The position numbers and the translations under genes were made by a program. Below, one piece after another: positions 58,373 through 64,000 of a stretch of 64,000 nt of DNA; position 1 is the stretch's first letter; the number at the start of each line of letters is the position of its first letter. Origin of the DNA: Opitutia bacterium (GTDB lineage: Bacteria; Verrucomicrobiota; Verrucomicrobiia; Opitutales; T3Sed10-336); NCBI GenBank assembly GCA_050506795.1, contig JBJHCF010000007.1, positions 1-64,000 of the forward strand, written 5' to 3'. The notes under the pieces are model-generated. The model was not told the DNA's origin. It worked only from the letters and a program-made list of their open reading frames with translations, and did no database searches.

Positions 58373-58552
58373 ATGGCCAATCCAAAACGTAAGCAATCGA
58401 AAGCGAGAAGCGCCAAGCGCCGCGCCGCCAACCGTTTCAAGGCGCCAGAGCTCGCCAAAGACACCGTTGACGGAACCACCTTCCGGCCGCACCGCGTCAA
58501 CCCCAATAACGGGATGTACCGCGGCCGTCAGGTCATCGACATGGAAGCCTGA
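58373..58552 (+). CDS. rpmF: 50S ribosomal protein L32 (59 aa, not in ORF track)
   Basis: Manual translation MANPKRKQSKARSAKRRAANRFKAPELAKDTVDGTTFRPHRVNPNNGMYRGRQVIDMEA; upstream of plsX-fabH. Confidence 0.96.
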   Translation: MANPKRKQSKARSAKRRAANRFKAPELAKDTVDGTTFRPHRVNPNNGMYRGRQVIDMEA

Positions 58553-58615
58553 AGCTTCCTGATTCACCTCCCATTCTTTCCGCGGTGACCATTCCGCATA
58601 TCCCCCCGACACACC

Positions 58616-59683
58616 ATGGAGGATAAAGGGGCCGGCACGACGACCATCGCCATCGACGCCATGGGCGGAGATCTGGGACCCGAGGAAGTCGTTGAAGCGT
58701 TGAAGCTGGCCTACTCGCGGGTACCCAAGATGGAGCGGACGATCCTCACGGGCCGCGAGGAGATCCTCGATCCTCTGCTCCGGAAGGCCGGCCTGGCCGA
58801 CGACTCCCGGGTGAGCGTGCACCACGCCACCGAAGTCATCGAGATGAACGATAAGCCGCTTCAAGCCCTGAAGCGGAAAAAGGACTCGTCCATGGTCAGG
58901 GCGATCGACCTGGTGAAATCCGGTCAGGCCAAGGTGCTTCTCAGCTGCGGCAACACCGGCAGCCTCATGGCGGGCGGCACGATCAAGCTGCGCGTCATGG
59001 AAGGCGTGGACCGGCCGGCCCTGGCCACGGTCATTCCCAACAAGGAGTGCCACTTTGTGCTGATCGATGCCGGCGCCAACCCGGAAGCGCGACCGGAGCA
59101 CCTGGTTCACAACGCGATTCTGGGCAAGATTTATTCGAAGGTGGCGCTCGGCATCGAGGACCCTCGAATCGGCCTGCTCACCATCGGAACCGAAGAGGGA
59201 AAGGGCAACGAACTCACCCACCAGACTCACCTCCTGCTGAAAAAGGTCTCACATCTGTTCAATTACCAGGGTCCGATCGAAGGCTTTCACCTCTTTCAGA
59301 ATCATGTCGATGTGGTGGTATGCGACGGTTTTGTGGGCAATATCGTGCTGAAGACCTGCGAATCGCTTTTCCACGCGCTCAAGGAATACCTTAAGGAGGA
59401 AATCACCCGCAACCCGCTCCGGAAAATGGGTGCGCTGCTCTCCATGGGTGCATTCCGGGCGATGAAAACCCAACTCAACCCTGACCATTATGGCGGGGCT
59501 CCCCTGCTCGGCCTGCGAGGAAACATTCTCAAGGCCCACGGATCGAGCAACCGGGAAGCGATCATGAACGCAATTCGCATCGGCACGGAAATCATCGCTC
59601 AGGACATGAACACCCATATGCTCGACGAGATCCGTGAGGTCAACGAAGCCCTGCGCCAGGCTGAAGCTTCGCCAATCCTATGA
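58616..59683 (+). CDS. plsX: Phosphate acyltransferase
   Basis: IAIDAMGGD, KKDSSM, GNTG, RPAL, DAGAN, EEGKGN, CDGFVGN, GGAPLLG, HGSS. Confidence 0.97.
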   Translation: MEDKGAGTTTIAIDAMGGDLGPEEVVEALKLAYSRVPKMERTILTGREEILDPLLRKAGLADDSRVSVHHATEVIEMNDKPLQALKRKKDSSMVRAIDLVKSGQAKVLLSCGNTGSLMAGGTIKLRVMEGVDRPALATVIPNKECHFVLIDAGANPEARPEHLVHNAILGKIYSKVALGIEDPRIGLLTIGTEEGKGNELTHQTHLLLKKVSHLFNYQGPIEGFHLFQNHVDVVVCDGFVGNIVLKTCESLFHALKEYLKEEITRNPLRKMGALLSMGAFRAMKTQLNPDHYGGAPLLGLRGNILKAHGSSNREAIMNAIRIGTEIIAQDMNTHMLDEIREVNEALRQAEASPIL

Positions 59684-60747
59684 GCGCACAACTCCCCACC
59701 GGACCCCAGGCGGACGAACTCGCCTCCTCCGCGCCGGATCGTCTCGAGGGCGCGCGCCAGACCGTGGCGATCCGCGCCACCGGAGCCTACACCCCGGAGA
59801 AGGTCCTGACCAACAACGAGCTCACCCACCTGGTGGACACGAGTGACGAGTGGATTGTCACCCGCACCGGGATCCGGGAAAGACGAATCGCCGCCCCGGA
59901 TGAAACCGCTGCCGACATGGCCGTCCAGGCCGGAGCCAGGGCGATCGAGAAAGCCGGGCTGTCCCCGGCGGATATCGATCTGGTGATCGTGGCCACCATT
60001 ACTCCGGACATGCCTTTCCCCTCGACCGCCTGCCTGGTGCAGACACGGCTGGGAATGCGGGACGTCTGCGCTTTCGACGTTGAAGCAGCCTGTTCCGGCT
60101 TTATTTACATCACCGAAATCGCCACCGCCATGCTGCAAAGCGGCCGCTTCCGGCACGCCCTGATCATCGGCACCGAAAAGCTCTCTTCCATCCTGGACTG
60201 GAACGACCGCTCGACCTGCGTCCTGTTCGGCGACGGCGCCGGCGCGGCGGTTTTGAGCCGGGGCGAACAACATGGCAGCGGCTCTCTGAGCGTTCTGGAC
60301 ACCCGGCTCGGGGCTGACGGCGCGGCCTCGAACATCCTGTACATGCCGGGCGGCGGTTCACGCATTCCGGCCAGCGCGGCCTCGCTGGCCGCCGGTCACC
60401 ACTTCCTCAAAATGAACGGCCGGGAAGTATTCAAGATCGCCATCCGCATCATGGAACAGGCGACCCGGGACATCCTGGCGCGAAACGATGTCCCCCTGGA
60501 GCGTGTGGCCTGCATAATACCCCACCAGGCCAATTCCCGCATCATTGAAATGCTGTCGGAACGGATGCAGGTGCCGATGAATCGTTTTCACGTCAATCTG
60601 GACCGCCTCGGCAACACCTCCGCGGCCTCGGTTCCGCTGGCCCTGGACGAAGTCCTGGCGCAAGGTAGAATCGCCCCGGGAGAATACGCCGTTCTGGTCG
60701 CCTTTGGCGCCGGCCTCACCTGGGGTGCGACCCTGTTGAGAGGTTGA
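59680..60747 (+). CDS. fabH: Beta-ketoacyl-ACP synthase III
   Basis: DTSDEWIVTRTGI, AACSGF, LFGDGAGA, PHQAN, GNTSAAS, FGAGLTWG. Confidence 0.97.
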   Translation: MSAQLPTGPQADELASSAPDRLEGARQTVAIRATGAYTPEKVLTNNELTHLVDTSDEWIVTRTGIRERRIAAPDETAADMAVQAGARAIEKAGLSPADIDLVIVATITPDMPFPSTACLVQTRLGMRDVCAFDVEAACSGFIYITEIATAMLQSGRFRHALIIGTEKLSSILDWNDRSTCVLFGDGAGAAVLSRGEQHGSGSLSVLDTRLGADGAASNILYMPGGGSRIPASAASLAAGHHFLKMNGREVFKIAIRIMEQATRDILARNDVPLERVACIIPHQANSRIIEMLSERMQVPMNRFHVNLDRLGNTSAASVPLALDEVLAQGRIAPGEYAVLVAFGAGLTWGATLLRG

Positions 60748-60849
60748 GCCCGTCATCGCAGCCCAACTCAATCACCGGCGTCAAGACCCGTTATCACCAA
60801 CAGCGAGTCGTTCTCCGGGAAGGTGCGGCTCGGCCCTGAAGTGAACGAA

Positions 60850-61740
60850 TTATCGGTCACCCCCACCCAGAAGCCCCCACATGTTCCGCCCGAGTACCAG
60901 ACGTTTTTCCTCGTCCGTCAGCCCGGCCGATTCGATGTCGCGCAGAAACCTCCGGAAGTCCGGCGCGCTCTGTTCTCGGGGATAAAGGCGCAACGGGTAG
61001 TCCGAACCATACAGCACGCGCTCCGGTCCAATCCGATCGATCACGGCACGAAAAATTTCCTTGTCATACAAAAGCGGGCTGGCCGCGGTATCATAATAAA
61101 CATTACGGATTCGACCACCCACCCACCGGTTCAACTCGAAAAATGGCAACAGCCCCCCCCAGTGAGCTAAAATCAGCTTGAGGTTCGGGAACCGCTCGGC
61201 GAGCCCGACCAAGTCGTCGAGTGATTCCTGCAACCGTCCCGGGTGGCGACGGCCTACCGGTTCGTTGACGTGCAGGTTAACCGGCACTTCCAGCGAGACC
61301 GCCCGCTCCACCACCGCCATCCACCCGGGGTCCTCCAGGGAAAAGCCCTGAGCAGCAGGAGAAAGCTCGCCCAGCCCGCAGAGGCCGGCTTCGACCGCGC
61401 GCTGCAGTTCGTCCGCCGCGGCTGCGCCGGCCCGCGGCTGGACCGTGGCGAAAGCCCGCAGACGATCGGGATGCCGTTTTACCCACTCGAGATGCCAGTT
61501 ATTTTGCTCGATGCAGGTGTCCTGATGCTCCCAGTACCAGCCCAAAAGCACCGCCTGCTCCACGCCGGCCGCATCCATGTCGGCCAAGAGGGTATCGACA
61601 TCCGGCCACCCCTGCAGGCTCGGCCCGGACAACGGCGCCGCCAGTTCGGCCCAGTGACGCTCACCCCGAGACGCCGACCACCCCCGCGGATCAACGGCCA
61701 CTTCTGGCGGATAAAGGTGAACGTGGCAATCGATGATCAT
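60850..61740 (-). CDS. Amidohydrolase family protein (Amidohydro_2)
   Basis: IIDCHVH, GLGEL, LILAHWGG, YYDTAA, LYGSDYP. Confidence 0.9.
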   Translation of the reverse strand: MIIDCHVHLYPPEVAVDPRGWSASRGERHWAELAAPLSGPSLQGWPDVDTLLADMDAAGVEQAVLLGWYWEHQDTCIEQNNWHLEWVKRHPDRLRAFATVQPRAGAAAADELQRAVEAGLCGLGELSPAAQGFSLEDPGWMAVVERAVSLEVPVNLHVNEPVGRRHPGRLQESLDDLVGLAERFPNLKLILAHWGGLLPFFELNRWVGGRIRNVYYDTAASPLLYDKEIFRAVIDRIGPERVLYGSDYPLRLYPREQSAPDFRRFLRDIESAGLTDEEKRLVLGRNMWGLLGGGDR

Positions 61741-61916
61741 GGAGGAAGGCTGCCGTTTTCAAGGGACGTCGTCAATCCGACCGACGCCCGCCCGGTCTGA
61801 CAATCTCCGCTTTCCGCTTTATTTCCGGCCGCTTTTTTCGTACAACGAATCCACGCTGCGGTTCGCCCTGACGGACGCCGATCAGCGCCATCCATTTCGG
61901 CATCCATCGTCCCTTA

Positions 61917-63392
61917 ATGAATTCAACGAAGGCTTACATCCTCGACACCAACGTTCTGCTGCATGATCCCCACGCCCTCTACAAGTTTGAAGAACACCAT
62001 GTAATCCTCCCGGTGGAAGTGCTCGAAGAACTTGACCGGTTCAAGAGCGATCCCAGTGAAAAAGGGCGCAACGCGCGGCATGTGCACCGCGAACTCAAGA
62101 AGCGCTTCGGCGACTCCACCGCCGCATCGATGGTGGAAGGCGCCGACCTGCCCACCGGCGGCAAACTGTCGGTGTTGGTCAATAAATACCTCTTAAACAC
62201 GAGCCGCAAACGACACAGCGCGGGCATGAAACGCCTGCTGACCGTCTTTCCCGACATGGCCAAGATGGATAATCGTATTCTGGCCTGCACGCTTTTCGTC
62301 ACCGAGACCTCGGGAAAACCGGCCACGCTGGTGACCAAGGACATCAACATGCTGCTCAAGGCCCTGGCGGTCGATCTCCGCGCCGAGGACTACCTCAACG
62401 ACAAGGTAAAAGAGCGTTTTGGAGAGAATGGAGACGATTTTTACTCCTCGATCGAAATCAGCAGGCATGAGATGCAACGGTTCGGATCCGAGGGCGAAAT
62501 CACCCTGCCGGCGACCCGGGTAAACGGCATGGCGATCAACGAGTACGCCTTGTTGCAGACCTCGGATGGCGGTGTTTTTCCCTCTCGCTACCTCGGCGCC
62601 GCCTCCTTTCGGAGGCTCGCGTTGCCGAGTCACCTCCAGCCCCCCGGCGGCATCGCGATAAAGCCCCGCAATCTGGAGCAACAGTTCCTGATGGATGCGC
62701 TGCTCGATCCCGATATCTCTCTGGTCACTTGCTACGGCAAGGCGGGCACCGGAAAAACCATCGTGAGCACCGCCTGCGCGCTTCATTTGATGGGACAACA
62801 GCATTACGAAGGCGTCAGTATTTCCCGGCCGGTTATTTCCATGGGCAAGGAAATCGGCTACCTGCCGGGAGATATCAATGACAAGATGACGCCTTGGCTG
62901 CAACCCTATCACGATGCCCTGAGCGTGATCTACCCGATGCACGAGAACCGGAATCCCGGGTTCGCCGACAAACGGGTTTCCCGGCGCCCCAAAAAAAACG
63001 CCAAGAAAAAATCCTCCTCCGACAGCTCCGCCCTGAATGGTGGATCGGCTTACCCCAAACCTTACCAGGAACTGATCGCTTCCGGCCTGCTGGAAATCGA
63101 AGCGCTGACCTTTATTCGCGGCCGTTCCATTCCGCGGCGGTTTTTCATCCTGGACGAAGCCCAACAACTGACGCCCCACGAGGTAAAGACGGTGGTCAGC
63201 CGCATGAGCGAAGGCTCAAAGATCATTCTGCTCGGCGACCCGACCCAAATCGACAATCCGTACGTCGATTCTCAGTCCAATGGCCTGGTCTACGCCAAAA
63301 ACAAACTGCGCGATCAATCCCTGGCCTCTCACGTCAAACTCACTAAAGGCGAACGAAGCCCGCTGGCGGAGCTGGCGGTGACGCTGATGTGA
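61917..63392 (+). CDS. PIN-PhoH (PhoH2/YlaK-like) protein
   Basis: ILDTNVLLHDP (PIN), GKAGTGKT, GYLPG, RGRS, DEAQQ, GDPTQID. Confidence 0.93.
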   Translation: MNSTKAYILDTNVLLHDPHALYKFEEHHVILPVEVLEELDRFKSDPSEKGRNARHVHRELKKRFGDSTAASMVEGADLPTGGKLSVLVNKYLLNTSRKRHSAGMKRLLTVFPDMAKMDNRILACTLFVTETSGKPATLVTKDINMLLKALAVDLRAEDYLNDKVKERFGENGDDFYSSIEISRHEMQRFGSEGEITLPATRVNGMAINEYALLQTSDGGVFPSRYLGAASFRRLALPSHLQPPGGIAIKPRNLEQQFLMDALLDPDISLVTCYGKAGTGKTIVSTACALHLMGQQHYEGVSISRPVISMGKEIGYLPGDINDKMTPWLQPYHDALSVIYPMHENRNPGFADKRVSRRPKKNAKKKSSSDSSALNGGSAYPKPYQELIASGLLEIEALTFIRGRSIPRRFFILDEAQQLTPHEVKTVVSRMSEGSKIILLGDPTQIDNPYVDSQSNGLVYAKNKLRDQSLASHVKLTKGERSPLAELAVTLM

Positions 63393-63443
63393 TCCCACCG
63401 GGCAGCCCCTTATCACCCGGGGGGACAGAAAATAGCATCTTTT

Positions 63444-63458
63444 TTAGAATAATTCTTG
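63444..63458. promoter_or_regulatory. Fur/PerR-type 7-1-7 operator candidate
   Basis: TTAGAAT-A-ATTCTTG in an AT-rich patch 35-50 nt upstream of the Fur-family gene, overlapping TTGATA. Confidence 0.6.
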
Positions 63459-63492
63459 ATATTAATCCAAAAACACCGATAGGTACAGGATC

Positions 63493-63939
63493 GTGAACCG
63501 AATCAATAATCAACGGCAGACTGTCCTGGACCGCACGCTGTCCCGGAGCGGATTGCGTATGACCCGACAAAGACAGACGGTTTACGACACTCTCATGGAC
63601 CAGCGGGACCACCCGACCGCCGACGAGGTGTTCAGCCGGGTGAAACGAACCATGCCCACCATTTCGCTTGCCACCGTTTACAATTGCCTGGAAAAACTGG
63701 TGGATTGCGGTTTGGTGCGACAGGTCAACCGCGACCGCGAGTCCACCCGCTACTGCGCCAATCTTAAGGAGCACGGCCATTTCTATTGCCGCCAATGCGG
63801 TTCGGTGCACGACATCGACCTGCCTTCCGGACAGCCCGCCGATCTGGGGCTCGCGCTTCCCGAGGGATTTCGGGTCGACCACCTGGACGTGAATCTTCGC
63901 GGAGTCTGTCCGGAGTGCGGAGCCAAACAACAATCCTGA
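63493..63939 (+). CDS. Fur-family transcriptional repressor (PerR-like)
   Basis: GLRMTRQR, HPTADEV, ISLATVYN.L, HGHFYCRQCG, CPEC. Confidence 0.93.
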   Translation: MNRINNQRQTVLDRTLSRSGLRMTRQRQTVYDTLMDQRDHPTADEVFSRVKRTMPTISLATVYNCLEKLVDCGLVRQVNRDRESTRYCANLKEHGHFYCRQCGSVHDIDLPSGQPADLGLALPEGFRVDHLDVNLRGVCPECGAKQQS

Positions 63940-63957
63940 AAAGGACTATTTCAAATC

Positions 63958-64000
63958 ATGAGCAAACAACTGGAAATCAAAAACCTGAGCGTCAACGTCG
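63958..64000 (+). CDS. sufC: Start of probable Fe-S assembly ATPase SufC (partial)
   Basis: AAGGA RBS, MSKQLEIKNLSVNV resembles SufC N-termini; only 14 codons visible, so another ABC ATPase is possible. Confidence 0.5.
   Translation, partial: MSKQLEIKNLSVNV

Overview
High-GC bacterial chromosome segment, most likely Verrucomicrobiota (Opitutales-like). This is inferred from TIGR02597- and TIGR03790-like proteins, VPEP-type PEP-CTERM proteins and the gene order. Bases 1-3100 are the tail of a decayed integron cassette array: four attC-like sites and four small cassette genes. The array starts with the 3' end (domains V-VI) of a group II intron whose 3' exon resembles the end of an attC R' box. 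The rest is mostly housekeeping: glnA, a large secreted CotH-family protein, pagL-like, gmk, miaB, argJ-argC, rpsI-rplM, gdhA, infC, pdxA, lpxA, guaB, hemN, glmM, trpD, rpmF-plsX-fabH, phoH2, a Fur/PerR regulator and the start of a probable sufC. Two loci stand out. One is a PAC2-family gene followed by an unusual RecA/KaiC-like + PPDK_N + putative phospho-His dikinase of unknown substrate, near gdhA. The other is a type II secretion cluster (G-H-I-J-K-L-M-D-C-E-F) interrupted and flanked by PEP-CTERM, TIGR02597 and TPR genes, with a 7-nt tandem repeat inside the gspH leader. No tRNA, rRNA or CRISPR array was seen. All family assignments are by motif recognition by eye; no searches were run.
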